From an uncultured archaeon (GTDB lineage Archaea > Thermoproteota > Nitrososphaeria > Nitrososphaerales > Gagatemarchaeaceae): a stretch of DNA of 64,000 nucleotides. The stretch lies in the NCBI GenBank assembly GCA_963817525.1, contig CAWFOU010000007.1, forward strand, positions 640,001-704,000. The letters are read 5' to 3'. The translations under genes and the position numbers were made by a program. The first letter of the stretch is position 1, and each line of letters starts with the position of its first letter. This document shows, in pieces, positions 29,504 to 39,194 of the stretch. Under the pieces are notes generated by a model, which was not told the DNA's origin, made no database searches, and was given only the letters and a program-made list of their open reading frames with translations.

Positions 29504-30221
29504 CCGCTCCCCTCTCGACCGCGAGCTCCGCCCTCCGCATAAGCGAGATGAGCAGCCCGAGCTCCTTGGAGCTCACGTCCGACTTTAGGGCGACCCGGCG
29601 CGCCACCTGGACCATCCTGTCGGCCCTGTGCTTCTGCATGCCCGACGCCATCGCGAGCTGGTACGCGTACCTCGAGAACGCCTCGCGCCTCTCCCTTGAC
29701 GCCCGAGAGGGCGGCTGTCGGGGGCGGCCCGCTGCGGCCCGCGCCGACGACGCAAGATATAGGAGGATTGCGACCGAGTGGCTGACGTTGAGCGTCTTGT
29801 ATCCCGTCCTGGTGTCCACCGTGGTCACGAGGTCGCAGAGGGCCAGCTCTTCGTTCGTGAGGCCCGTGGTGTCCCTCCCGAAGACGATCGACGCGCGCCC
29901 CGCGACCATGACACGCGCCACAGCCTCCTCTGGCCTGACCACCGTCCTGCTGACGTTCGCGCCCCTCCTCGCCCTGACCGCGGTCGTGGCGAGCAGGACG
30001 TCGTGGGTCCTCCTCACCTTCGCGAGCGTCACGACCTCTGCGCGTTCGAGGACGTCGGAGCCGTGCGAGGCGTAGACCGAGGCGGCCCTCATGTCGCACT
30101 TCGGGCCCACCAGGTACAGCCTCTCCACGCCGAAGTTCTTCATCAGCCGCGCTGTGTACCCCAGGTTGACCGGGTACTCGGCCCCCACCACGGTGACGCT
30201 CAGGAGGTCGCCGAGCTTCAA
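29469..30221 (-). CDS. trmJ: SPOUT tRNA methyltransferase (TrmJ/LasT family)
   Basis: NLGYTARLMKNFG, FGRDTTGLTNEEL, YKTLNVSHSV; TTG start overlaps the rsmA stop. Confidence 0.85.
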   Translation of the reverse strand: MKLGDLLSVTVVGAEYPVNLGYTARLMKNFGVERLYLVGPKCDMRAASVYASHGSDVLERAEVVTLAKVRRTHDVLLATTAVRARRGANVSRTVVRPEEAVARVMVAGRASIVFGRDTTGLTNEELALCDLVTTVDTRTGYKTLNVSHSVAILLYLASSARAAAGRPRQPPSRASRERREAFSRYAYQLAMASGMQKHRADRMVQVARRVALKSDVSSKELGLLISLMRRAELAVERGAARRAPGHTPPS

Positions 30222-31024
30222 GCGACGACCCCTTTGCTCCGGGCCCGCTCCGAGCGCGCGAGCACGCCGATCATCGCGAGGACGGAGTCTGGGCGCAACG
30301 AGTTCACCCTGCACTGGAGGGGCAGGTTCTCGGTCGGCTCGGGAGCAGATGCAGGCGCCTCCAGCCCTAGGCTCTTGAGGGCGGCCCTCACGGTCCGCCG
30401 CTTCTGCGAGAATATCTTCTTTATCATCGCAACCTGTGCTGGACTCAGGGTCCTCCTCCACTTCATCGTCACCAGGCAGGAGTTCACGCGCGGCGGGGGG
30501 TCGAAGGACAGCCTGCTCACGCCGGAGACTATCTCCACCTGCGCCGAGGCTTGGGAGATAACCGACACTGCTCTGTATTCCGCGCTGGAGGGGGGCGCGG
30601 TGATTTTCACGGCAAAGTCCCGCTGAAGCATGACCACTGCCCTGTCGTATCTCCTGCGGGAGAGCCACTCGACGAAGCGGCTAGACTCAGAATACGGCAG
30701 GCTGGAGAGCAGCACGTCGAACTCCGGGGACGACCTGAAAGCGTCCTCGTTGTGGAGCTTGAGGGAGCCTCCCAGCTCCCTCCGGAGTTCCTCGTAGCAT
30801 TCCCTGTCGACCTCGTAGCCCTCGAAGCTGGAAGCTAGGCGCGCCAGCTCCTTGGTGAGCGCGCCCCTTCCCGTGCCTATCTCCAGGACCCTCTCGCCGG
30901 GTCGGATGGCCGCCAGGTCGACCATCGAGCGCACCACGGAGGTGTCGGCGAGGAAGTGCTGCCCTAGCGACTGCCGCCGGGAGCGCCCCCGACGGTCACT
31001 TCTTGACGAATAGTCAGGATTCAG
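30218..31024 (-). CDS. rsmA: 16S rRNA adenine dimethyltransferase RsmA/KsgA
   Basis: LEIGTGRGALT, SLPY, MLQRDFA, FDPPPRVNS; the conserved LGQHFL lies upstream of the ORF-track GTG (30937), and the only in-frame start candidate there is CTG at 31024. Confidence 0.85.
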   Translation of the reverse strand: MNPDYSSRSDRRGRSRRQSLGQHFLADTSVVRSMVDLAAIRPGERVLEIGTGRGALTKELARLASSFEGYEVDRECYEELRRELGGSLKLHNEDAFRSSPEFDVLLSSLPYSESSRFVEWLSRRRYDRAVVMLQRDFAVKITAPPSSAEYRAVSVISQASAQVEIVSGVSRLSFDPPPRVNSCLVTMKWRRTLSPAQVAMIKKIFSQKRRTVRAALKSLGLEAPASAPEPTENLPLQCRVNSLRPDSVLAMIGVLARSERARSKGVVA

Positions 31025-31178
31025 TTAATCTATTCACCAGCTTGGTTACCCTGAACCTCATCACGGGCGAGGAAGGCCCTGCTCACAGGGGCGACGAAGA
31101 CCATTTGAACGACTTGAGACCAATCCAGACGGTCGGGCTGAAATCACCTTAAAGCATTCGTAATATCTCAACCGAAGG

Positions 31179-31592
31179 ATGCCGCGCCTACCTGACGGGG
31201 TTGAAGGGTTCGCCAAATTGTTCGGGACCAACCCCGATTCTCTCAGGCCAAACGGGCGCCGGCCGAAACACACCGTTGAAATCGTGCTTGTCACCTCCAC
31301 CGGAGATGCAGAAGACTACCTGCTATGCTATTGGTGCGGCGAGACGTTTCTCGTCCTTGGTGAGGGTGAGCTGTCCGGGCTCGACAGCATCAAGAGACAC
31401 GCTCTGAAGGCACATCGAGGAACAATCGAGCCGTTCGCCTCGGAGCCCCACAGCCTGCAGGATGGAACTATCGACCGCTTGATAGAAAGGCACAGGGCAA
31501 TCAGAATGGAGGCTGTCGAGCACTTAGTATGTGATAGCGCCCATCCGGAGTATATCCAAACGCCTAAATCTCACAAGACCGAATTAGCATAA
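31179..31592 (+). CDS. Hypothetical protein with a C2H2-like Zn finger
   Basis: CYWC...HALKAH. Confidence 0.5.
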   Translation: MPRLPDGVEGFAKLFGTNPDSLRPNGRRPKHTVEIVLVTSTGDAEDYLLCYWCGETFLVLGEGELSGLDSIKRHALKAHRGTIEPFASEPHSLQDGTIDRLIERHRAIRMEAVEHLVCDSAHPEYIQTPKSHKTELA

Positions 31593-31733
31593 AACTACCA
31601 AGTCCGCGCGTCTCTGACCGAGACCGGTATTGCGTTCGAACCAGGCACAAGAACGATTGTAGGAAGATCAAGAAGCTTATGCCAAACCCAAACCGATGAC
31701 TGCGGAAGTTCGTCTTCCCGTCTGAGATTCAGG

Positions 31734-31892
31734 TCAAGACTTCTTCGGCTTCTCTAACCAGCCTAAGTCCTTCAGAAAGTAGACGGCGCACGCTCTCATA
31801 ACGTCCGCCTTGGAGGCGAACATGCCCGCTTCTACGGCGTCCCCTAGAAGTTCATCGAGCTGTTTCGTTATCGTAACCCTGATTTCTGGCAT
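31734..31892 (-). CDS. Ribbon-helix-helix regulator (52 aa, absent from the ORF track)
   Basis: Manual translation: MPEIRVTITKQLDELLGDAVEAGMFASKADVMRACAVYFLKDLGW. Confidence 0.75.
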   Translation of the reverse strand: MPEIRVTITKQLDELLGDAVEAGMFASKADVMRACAVYFLKDLGWLEKPKKS

Positions 31893-31999
31893 ATCCGCGC
31901 TTTAGCCTTACCAGGCGGATACGAGCGATATTTGCGTTCTGCACGAGTAAGATACGCGTAGAGCGTATATTACGCGGCTTTATTAGGAGCATCAGATTC

Positions 32000-33532
32000 G
32001 TGATTTTGTGTTTTACATTGAGAAACGGCGTCCTTGCAGTCTTGGCCGTTATCCTTCTGCTCTCGCCCTTCGTTGCGAACGCCTCCACTCAGTATGGGTC
32101 TGCCTTTCCCCTCTACCAGGGCGGGGCCGCGCCGGTGGGCGTGGCCGTCAGCAGCGCCGGGACTGTCTATTGGGCCAACTACAACCAAGGGAAGTTGTAT
32201 TCTATGCTGAAAGGCGCCTCTTCTCCCACGGTACTTCTTAGCGGTCTCAACACTCCTTCGGGCGTTGCTGTCGACTCTTCGGGGAATGTCTACTACAGCG
32301 AGGCCCTGAGCGACAGGGTGAGCGAGCTTGTAGGAGGTAGCACGACCCCCCAATTGCTCTTCAGCGCCGCCAATAACATCAATTTCATCTCCGTAGACCA
32401 GTCTGGGAACATCTACTTCGTCCTCGGTGGGGGCTGCAACGGTCAGGGCTTCACAAACAGCATCATGGAGTACGTCCGCTCAAGTGGACAATCGGTGACT
32501 ATTCTTGCTCCAGTTGGGTCGGTTGGTAACAATCCATCGTACGGCCAAGTCTTCGTGAACTCTGCAGGCCTGTACTTCACAACATGCACTGGAAATGTGG
32601 AACTGCTACCAGCGGGGTCGTCGACTCCGCAAATCCTCGTCACGGGCCTGCAGGCTGGTCCGTCTGTTTCGCCCGACGGCGTGGTGGCTGATTCGCAAGG
32701 CAACGTCTTCTATACCGACTACTGGAAGGCGGTCGATGAACTCCCGGCGGGATCCACTTCCTCAGTGACAATCGCCACCGCAGGAGGTACGCACTATGGC
32801 ATCGCCATCGATGGGCAGGATAACGTCTACTATTCCGACAACCTTGGAGGCACGATTTGGGAGATACCCGCGACTTCGAGCTCTGTCAATAACGATAAGG
32901 TCACAGTAAGCGTGTCTCCCACTTCACTGTCCGGTTCGGGGACCTTCACCGTATCTGGGAGTGTCGTGGCAGCCTCAGGGTCGGTCTCCAATACCGCGGT
33001 CGTAATCACGGTGAAGAATCCCAGTGGGGCAGTAGTCAGCACTGGTCAAGCCACAGTGGGGGGAACTGGTAGCAGCGGGACCTATACGACGACATTCGTC
33101 GCGGGAGGCACTTCTTCATGGCCCGGAGGTACGTACACTGTCACGGCAACATACGGAACAATCCTCGGGGGAACGCCGGCGTCTGCGTCTTCCTCTTTCT
33201 TGTACTTGACCAACATGATTAGTACGTCCATTCTCACGGTCTCAACCTCTCCATCTCAAACTATTGTGGACGGCTACACTGGTGTGCAGATTAATTACAC
33301 AAACACATACTCGCAATCGCTCTCCGCGTTCGTGTGGGTCGTGGTCCACAATGCGGCCGGCCAGACGGTCGGCATATTCGTTGGGTCAGCTATAATGAAC
33401 TCTGGCGCAGCCCTTGCCGTGTTTGTCCCAACGTTCAACCTTCCAGCGGGCAGTTACGCCGCGACCGTCTTTGCAACGACGACGTCGAGTGTGGCAATCT
33501 CGCAGACCTCAACAGTATCGCTCTCCTTATGA
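32000..33532 (+). CDS. Secreted NHL/Vgb-like beta-propeller protein with C-terminal Ig-like domains
   Basis: Signal peptide; repeats P.GVAVDS.GNVYY. Confidence 0.8.
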   Translation: MILCFTLRNGVLAVLAVILLLSPFVANASTQYGSAFPLYQGGAAPVGVAVSSAGTVYWANYNQGKLYSMLKGASSPTVLLSGLNTPSGVAVDSSGNVYYSEALSDRVSELVGGSTTPQLLFSAANNINFISVDQSGNIYFVLGGGCNGQGFTNSIMEYVRSSGQSVTILAPVGSVGNNPSYGQVFVNSAGLYFTTCTGNVELLPAGSSTPQILVTGLQAGPSVSPDGVVADSQGNVFYTDYWKAVDELPAGSTSSVTIATAGGTHYGIAIDGQDNVYYSDNLGGTIWEIPATSSSVNNDKVTVSVSPTSLSGSGTFTVSGSVVAASGSVSNTAVVITVKNPSGAVVSTGQATVGGTGSSGTYTTTFVAGGTSSWPGGTYTVTATYGTILGGTPASASSSFLYLTNMISTSILTVSTSPSQTIVDGYTGVQINYTNTYSQSLSAFVWVVVHNAAGQTVGIFVGSAIMNSGAALAVFVPTFNLPAGSYAATVFATTTSSVAISQTSTVSLSL

Positions 33533-33614
33533 TGAACAGCCTTCGAGAGTTACAGGTGAGCCAGGTGCAGCTTTGGCTGGTGGACATTTTCGGCGGCTAC
33601 TTGGTATTGTCTGG

Positions 33615-34316
33615 CTACCGCGCACCGACGCGGCCCTCTCTGGAATACTTTCTGATAGATTGAGCCTTCTTCTCGGCAAAGGCCCCGCGCAATTCTTTGA
33701 GGTCGGCCCAGCGCACAAGCTCGAGGATCGCGGCTCGGTCAGGGCTATGCTTCAACTTCGCGTTGATTTCCTCGTACCTCTTGTCGAAGCCATAGGACGA
33801 CCAGAGATAGTGAAAACCATCGACCTCAACATCCCTCAAGGCCATGTAGGCCCGATACCAAATCTGTTCCATCGTCGGCTTGTCTTCCCTCCTCTGAGGG
33901 GTCAGAAGCGCTCTCCTCTGAGCCGATTTTCTTCTCCCCTCCGTCTTCTGGTAAATCTCCTCAACTGACTTCTGGTTTGATTCGTCCCACGGTGTTGGGA
34001 GGAATTCTTCCGAATCGGTTGGTGAGTCGTCATTCGTGACCATCCTCACTCCAGGGGGTGGGCGCCTATCGACCATGCTGGTATGGTGTTTAGCCAAGTT
34101 GTGGAAGTTGCTGACCTGATAAAAATCTGGATACTCCCCCCAATCCGGCTTTGATATCATTCCGCGTTTGGTGAAGTATGAGAGAATCCTCTCAGTCGTC
34201 CTGTGGTCGGCTCTGAGGGCTGCGCTGATCTCATACCGAGATGCTATCTGCCTGCCTATCATGAAAGCGCAGAACCTGCGCTGATACTCCAAGTCGGGTC
34301 CTCGAGCCAATGGCAA
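33615..34316 (-). CDS. Hypothetical protein with an N-terminal wHTH
   Basis: SRYEISAALRADHRTTERILSYF..RGMI. Confidence 0.5.
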   Translation of the reverse strand: MPLARGPDLEYQRRFCAFMIGRQIASRYEISAALRADHRTTERILSYFTKRGMISKPDWGEYPDFYQVSNFHNLAKHHTSMVDRRPPPGVRMVTNDDSPTDSEEFLPTPWDESNQKSVEEIYQKTEGRRKSAQRRALLTPQRREDKPTMEQIWYRAYMALRDVEVDGFHYLWSSYGFDKRYEEINAKLKHSPDRAAILELVRWADLKELRGAFAEKKAQSIRKYSREGRVGAR

Positions 34317-34359
34317 CCATTTGCGAGCACACCCCTTATTTGACTATCGGTGAAAGACG

Positions 34360-34599
34360 CTGCCAAACAAATGCTTAACCAAGGAAATAGGGTTCCGAGT
34401 CTCAGCTCCTTTCGCGGACCTCCTCGCAAAGGTGGCACGCGATAGGGGAGAAGACGTCTCCGATTTCGTAAGGAGGTCAGTTCGGAAGGAGCTGGCGCAG
34501 TTCGGCTATCTTTCGACCTCAGAACGGAAATCTCTCGGGCTTGAACGCTCGATGGGAACTCGTTCAGACTCAGACCAAGGAGTTGGAACGGCTCCATGA
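34360..34599 (+). CDS. Ribbon-helix-helix (CopG-like) protein, CTG start
   Basis: Manual translation: KEIGFRVSAPFADLLAKVARDRGEDVSDFVRRSVRKELA; GGTGA upstream; ATGA overlap with the next ORF. Confidence 0.7.
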   Translation: MPNKCLTKEIGFRVSAPFADLLAKVARDRGEDVSDFVRRSVRKELAQFGYLSTSERKSLGLERSMGTRSDSDQGVGTAP

Positions 34600-34811
34600 C
34601 CCGAACATCCGCCTCCGCCCCGCAAAAGACCGAACCTTGCGCGCTCATGGTCACGGCGGCCTGCAAGGCCCGAGAAGGAGCCACTGAACCAAGTGCGGGC
34701 TTCCTCGTAATCGTGGACTCGAAACCCGGCTTGGTTTGTCAAGACTGCAGGGCCATACTACTGAGGCGCCACGGGCATTCAGAGAGGGTCGACGAAGGAC
34801 TAGTGAAGTGA
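34596..34811 (+). CDS. Small Cys-containing hypothetical protein
   Basis: Coupled to the RHH gene; CQDC. Confidence 0.45.
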   Translation: MTRTSASAPQKTEPCALMVTAACKAREGATEPSAGFLVIVDSKPGLVCQDCRAILLRRHGHSERVDEGLVK

Positions 34812-34820
34812 CCGCCCACG

Positions 34821-36458
34821 TTGGAAGAGACTTCCGAGGTTGAGCTCGTGAGGACGGGTAAGGAGTTCCTTCTGATTTTTGAGAATCAGGTCCTTTTCCG
34901 CTTCGAGTCGGTCGACTATTCATCGGACAGGGGCACCCTCCTGAGCTACTTCTCGAAGGAAGGCCTCGCATATCCGACGGCACAGGACCCGGTCCTCGAG
35001 CAGCTTCAAAAATGGTGGTACGGCAAAGAGACGACGGCTCGGACGCTCAACAAGGAAGAGGCCGCGGAAGGGCTCAAGGTCCAGTACCACATTCTCACGA
35101 TGGAGGACTCCGACGAGGTCTATTTCTACGACGAGGAGCGCGGAGTCTACCGTCTGGGGGGAGAGGTCAAGGTCAAGGCCTGGCTCGAAGCGAACTCCTA
35201 CGGCTGCGACACGCGGATAGTCAACGAGACGACCGACAAGCTCAAGCGTCAAACCTACGTGCGGCGAGAGACCTTCGACGCGGACAAGTCAACTCTCAAC
35301 CTCTCAAACTGCCTCTTCAACGTGCGGACAGGCGAGCACTTCGCACACAGCCCCGAGTATCGCTCGATAACACAGCTTCCGGTGAGGTATTTCCCCGGAG
35401 CCGACTGTCCGCGAATCAAGCAGTTTCTGAGCGAGGTCTTGAACGTGGAGGACGTCCAGCTCGTTCAAGAATGGTTCGGCTATTTCCTGTGGCGAGACTA
35501 CCCGATCCAGAAGGCGCTCCTCCTCGTCGGTGATGGGGCGAACGGCAAGAGCACCCTCATCAACCTCATCAAGGCCTTTCTCGGTACTGCGAACGTCTCC
35601 GCGCGGGGCCTGCAGGAGCTCGAGCGGGACCGATTCGCAAAGGCGAGCCTCTTCGGCAAGATGGCGAACCTTCACGCGGACCTCCCCGACACGGCGCTCA
35701 AGAGCACCGGCACCTTCAAGATGCTCACGGGCGGAGACCTGATAACATCGGAATACAAATTCCGAAATTCCTTCGAGTTCGCCAACTATGCGAAGCTGGT
35801 CTTTAGCGCGAACGTCGTCCCTGAGGTCACAGAGGACACCCTCGCCTACTTCCGAAGATGGGATATCGTCAACTTCCCCAACACCTTCACAGGGGACAAG
35901 GCTAACCCGAAGCTGCTGGAGTCGCTGACGACAGAAGAGGAGCTTTCGGGCCTGTTGAATTGGGCTCTCGAGGGACTTCGACGGCTCCAAAACAACGGCT
36001 GGACGTTCACCAACTCGAAGGGGGTCGACGAGGTAAAGGAGGAATACATCCGCAAGTCCGCGCCTGGACGCGCCTTCTTGATGGATTGCGTCCTCATTGG
36101 CTCCGCCGGGGAAGTCATCAAACAGGAGCTGTACCAGGCCTTCTGCCAATACTGTCGACTGAGGAACCTTCCCATAATGACTTCAGACACATTTTTCAAG
36201 AAGATTCCCCAGTACGTCACGGTCTCCGAGGCGCGAAAGGCCTGCGAATACATCGAAGGCCACGATAGATGCGGCAAGAGCCGGCACATGGTCTTCCAAG
36301 GGCTGAAACTCCTCTCTCAGGCAGACTGGGCCAAGCCCGGGGAGAATAAAATAGGAAAAACCCCTGACAGGCCTGACACCCCTGACGGCAACCCTGTCAA
36401 CCCTGTCAAGGGTCTAGACCATTTTAATAGAAACGGAGGGACGGCGAATGAGCAATAA
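34821..36458 (+). CDS. D5/P4-family SF3 helicase (primase-associated C-terminal type)
   Basis: D5_N-like LNLSNCLFN...HSPEY..ITQLPV, Walker A GDGANGKST, FKMLTGGD, LVFSAN, YFRRW. Confidence 0.88.
   Translation: MEETSEVELVRTGKEFLLIFENQVLFRFESVDYSSDRGTLLSYFSKEGLAYPTAQDPVLEQLQKWWYGKETTARTLNKEEAAEGLKVQYHILTMEDSDEVYFYDEERGVYRLGGEVKVKAWLEANSYGCDTRIVNETTDKLKRQTYVRRETFDADKSTLNLSNCLFNVRTGEHFAHSPEYRSITQLPVRYFPGADCPRIKQFLSEVLNVEDVQLVQEWFGYFLWRDYPIQKALLLVGDGANGKSTLINLIKAFLGTANVSARGLQELERDRFAKASLFGKMANLHADLPDTALKSTGTFKMLTGGDLITSEYKFRNSFEFANYAKLVFSANVVPEVTEDTLAYFRRWDIVNFPNTFTGDKANPKLLESLTTEEELSGLLNWALEGLRRLQNNGWTFTNSKGVDEVKEEYIRKSAPGRAFLMDCVLIGSAGEVIKQELYQAFCQYCRLRNLPIMTSDTFFKKIPQYVTVSEARKACEYIEGHDRCGKSRHMVFQGLKLLSQADWAKPGENKIGKTPDRPDTPDGNPVNPVKGLDHFNRNGGTANEQ
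36361..36410. repeat. Iteron-like repeats (CCTGAC x3, then CCCTGTCAA x2)
   Basis: Directly visible at the 3' end of the helicase gene. Confidence 0.6.
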
Positions 36459-36518
36459 CTCGACCCCGGCGGGGTGCTACCGGAAGTCGGCTCGGGGGTG
36501 CCTACGGCTTGAAATGCC

Positions 36519-37757
36519 CTAACCGCGGGAGCGAGTTCCAGCGCCACTTGAGGCGGGCCCGCGTCTCGGCGGCTTGAAGTCCTTCGCGGTGAGATTCAGC
36601 AACGAGGGATCGACCTTTACTCCCTCACCGATGAGGCGCCGGCCCTCAGGAGTAGTAAGAGCCGCAAGTATCTCGGTTACTCGGCCCTGAAGCTTCATGT
36701 TCTCCTCTCCGAGCTGGAGGACCTGCTTCCTGAGCTCCTCCGTCTTATCCTCGACCTTCACCTGCCTCGTCGCAATCTCGCTCTGGACTTGGTACTTCTC
36801 CTCGACCTCGAGCCAGTTCTGCCGTTTGAGATACTCGGGCACAATCTTCTCCTCAAAATCGGGTTTGTCGTAGACATCAACGACCCCTCCCCTCGCGTGG
36901 GCCTGGAGGATGTTCACTTCGTCCGCCGGCATCCCCGGTATGCTGCCGTTGGAGTGCATCAACGTGGTCTGGTGGAACTTTCGCAAGCAGTGTGCGGCGT
37001 GAAGCCTGTTAGCCTCTTCCAGCGGTAGGATTCGCCTCCACGTCTTGTGCAGCCAGGCAGATGCTTCGTTGCTGCTGAGTCTATCCTTCCCATAGTCATC
37101 GAGGACCAAGGGTGAGTCTGGACCGACCACCTCCCCTCTCCTCTTCCTTTGCGCGAGATACTCGCGGAACCAGGCCAAGCTCTCTTTCGAGCAGCAAGTC
37201 TTGTATGAGCCGGTCTTCCCCTTCCGGACGTGGACAATCCCATACTCCTCTCTGTCCTCTATGTCCTTGAGGGTCGCCGTGTTGAAAAGCTGGACCCGGA
37301 CTCCGCTGGAGGAGAGCAAGGTTACGATGAACTTCCCCCTTACGTTCGAGTCGTGGAAAAGCCTCCTGAGCTGACCCTTCGTTGGCGGGATGTCCGTTGA
37401 AGCCTCGGGCCTTGGAATCGCCGAGTAGACCGACTTCCACGGTATGCCCTGCACGTCGTTGTAGTCCAGGAATGACCTCACTGCGGTGATGGCAGCCTGG
37501 ATGGACCGTGGGGCCATCTCCTCGCCCTCCTTCTGTTCGGTAATCCACTTGATGAGCCCAGCCTTCACCTTCTTCGGGTTCTTCCGGGCGAACTGCAGGA
37601 ACTCGTCGGGGGACTGGTCGCCCAGCACCTTTTTGAACGCATAGCGGTAGTTCTCCGCGGTTATCGGGCTCCTTCGGCTGGCCAGGAATCCATCGTAACT
37701 CACCGTATCTCCACCTTCGTCTTCTTCCATCGATTCGAGCCTCAGTACGGTCGCCAT
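36519..37757 (-). CDS. Tyrosine recombinase/integrase
   Basis: SGVR, GKTG, HCLRK, AH..G....Y; adjacent to the element end. Confidence 0.88.
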   Translation of the reverse strand: MATVLRLESMEEDEGGDTVSYDGFLASRRSPITAENYRYAFKKVLGDQSPDEFLQFARKNPKKVKAGLIKWITEQKEGEEMAPRSIQAAITAVRSFLDYNDVQGIPWKSVYSAIPRPEASTDIPPTKGQLRRLFHDSNVRGKFIVTLLSSSGVRVQLFNTATLKDIEDREEYGIVHVRKGKTGSYKTCCSKESLAWFREYLAQRKRRGEVVGPDSPLVLDDYGKDRLSSNEASAWLHKTWRRILPLEEANRLHAAHCLRKFHQTTLMHSNGSIPGMPADEVNILQAHARGGVVDVYDKPDFEEKIVPEYLKRQNWLEVEEKYQVQSEIATRQVKVEDKTEELRKQVLQLGEENMKLQGRVTEILAALTTPEGRRLIGEGVKVDPSLLNLTAKDFKPPRRGPASSGAGTRSRG

Positions 37758-37801
37758 AGCCCGCCTATAGAAGGAATCGGTAAATAAGATTAACTGATGG
37801 G

Positions 37802-38359
37802 CTATCTTTTGACGAAGATGTTAACCCTGGAGGCACCTGTCAACTCTTCCGCTATCCGCTTGGCCACCAGCTTCGCGGGTTCCCGCAGGCCCACGCGGTT
37901 CTGGATGTCGTCGAAGGAGGTGAAGGGCTGCTTCTCCCTCATATCGATGATTGTCTTCATGAACGTCTTCCCGATCCCGGGAATCAGCTCGAGCCCATGG
38001 AGGCGCGGGGTGAGGGGCTGCAGCTCGTTGAAGTACGCCACGTATCTGGCCTCGTTGTTCTTCACGATGACCTCGCAGACAGCGAGGAGTTGGGACTTCG
38101 CCTCTGAGGTCAGGTCCTCGTAGGCGAGCTTTCCGAACACGCTGAGGATCTTCGCCCGCCCCTCCCTGCCTATCCTGAGCTTCTCCCCCGTCTCAAAGTC
38201 TTGGTTCTCGGCGGCGAGCAGCTCGAGGAGCGTGAGCCTCTCCTCGCCCAGCGCCTGCACGATGGGACCCTCCCTTCCCTTGATTATGGCCGACCTTCCC
38301 CTGGGGATAAAGTCCAGGACGTAGGCGAATTCCTCATACCTCTTCTCGGATGGAAGCAT
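37802..38359 (-). CDS. DUF655 family RNA-binding protein
   Basis: EEFAYVLDF, PLTPRLHGLELIPGIGK, PFTSFDDI. Confidence 0.9.
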   Translation of the reverse strand: MLPSEKRYEEFAYVLDFIPRGRSAIIKGREGPIVQALGEERLTLLELLAAENQDFETGEKLRIGREGRAKILSVFGKLAYEDLTSEAKSQLLAVCEVIVKNNEARYVAYFNELQPLTPRLHGLELIPGIGKTFMKTIIDMREKQPFTSFDDIQNRVGLREPAKLVAKRIAEELTGASRVNIFVKR

Positions 38360-38476
38360 TTTCCGCTATGACAACCCCTTTGGCTCATTCTTCGAGTGTT
38401 ACGGGAAAAGCGGCACAGCAAGAAACATAGCTAAGCAACATGCGCTCTTCAGGGGTCTAAAGCGCCCCCTTGCTAT

Positions 38477-38818
38477 TTAATCTTTGGACTTTAGTATCTT
38501 GAGTATCTTTTCCAGCGTCTCGGTCGGAAGGAGCTTCCTCCATCCCGCCGTGAAAGTCCTGAGCTCCTCGATGGACCTCGGCATGATGTTGACCACCTCG
38601 GTGGCCTCGATCTCGCTCAGGCCACAGTCGGTCTCTAGCTGCTTCTTCAGCTTCTTCGCCGCTTCCGGCGTGCTCTTCGCGAACTTCGAAGTGTAGTCGA
38701 GCGTCCTCTTCTGGATTTGGTCGGCCTTCTCCACGTCGATCTTCTCCAGGATCTGGTGCGCCTCGCTCAGCGTGAGCGTCTTCTTCTGCCCCGAGGGCGC
38801 GATGGGCTCTGCCGACAA
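38477..38818 (-). CDS. rpoF: RNA polymerase subunit F (Rpo4)
   Basis: QKRTLDY..KF, VNIMPRSIEELR; position after rpl21e. Confidence 0.9.
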   Translation of the reverse strand: MSAEPIAPSGQKKTLTLSEAHQILEKIDVEKADQIQKRTLDYTSKFAKSTPEAAKKLKKQLETDCGLSEIEATEVVNIMPRSIEELRTFTAGWRKLLPTETLEKILKILKSKD

Positions 38819-38819
38819 G

Positions 38820-39110
38820 CTACTTCTCGGCCTCTCCCAGCGGGACGATGTGCTCCTTCCTCGAGATCACCGTCTTCACCTTATCCCCAACGTTCACGTC
38901 TATGATCACCGACCTTCGCCCGGTCTCCTTCACCACGCCCACGAGGCCGTTGAACCTCCTGTGGGGCATGCCCTTGACTTGGGTCGAGTCGATTTTGATC
39001 ACGACATTCTGCCCTGGTGTGTAATCGGTGAGGATGTGGCTGAGACCGGTCGAGTCTCTCTTCCTGAGGAGAGAACGCGTTCTCCGCCGGTATCCATGTG
39101 ACCTCGCCAT
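38820..39110 (-). CDS. rpl21e: 50S ribosomal protein L21e
   Basis: SHGYRRRTRSLL, GMPHRRFNG. Confidence 0.95.
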   Translation of the reverse strand: MARSHGYRRRTRSLLRKRDSTGLSHILTDYTPGQNVVIKIDSTQVKGMPHRRFNGLVGVVKETGRRSVIIDVNVGDKVKTVISRKEHIVPLGEAEK

Positions 39111-39194
39111 AGAAGAACCGTTGCCGCCCCTCCGACCTCATTTAAAAGCTAATCCATGGGTGGGCCGTGTTTCCAGTAGGTTTCAGGGGCGGTT

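Larger units (their letters stand above)
31003..37816. mobile_element. ~6.8 kb integrative element (integrase, D5/P4-type helicase, RHH proteins) inserted at the DUF655/rsmA junction
   Basis: Direct repeat TTGACGAA at 31003-31010 and 37809-37816; inverted repeat TCAGTTAATCT at 31021-31031 and 37787-37797; interrupts the conserved rpl21e-rpoF-DUF655-rsmA order. Confidence 0.85.
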
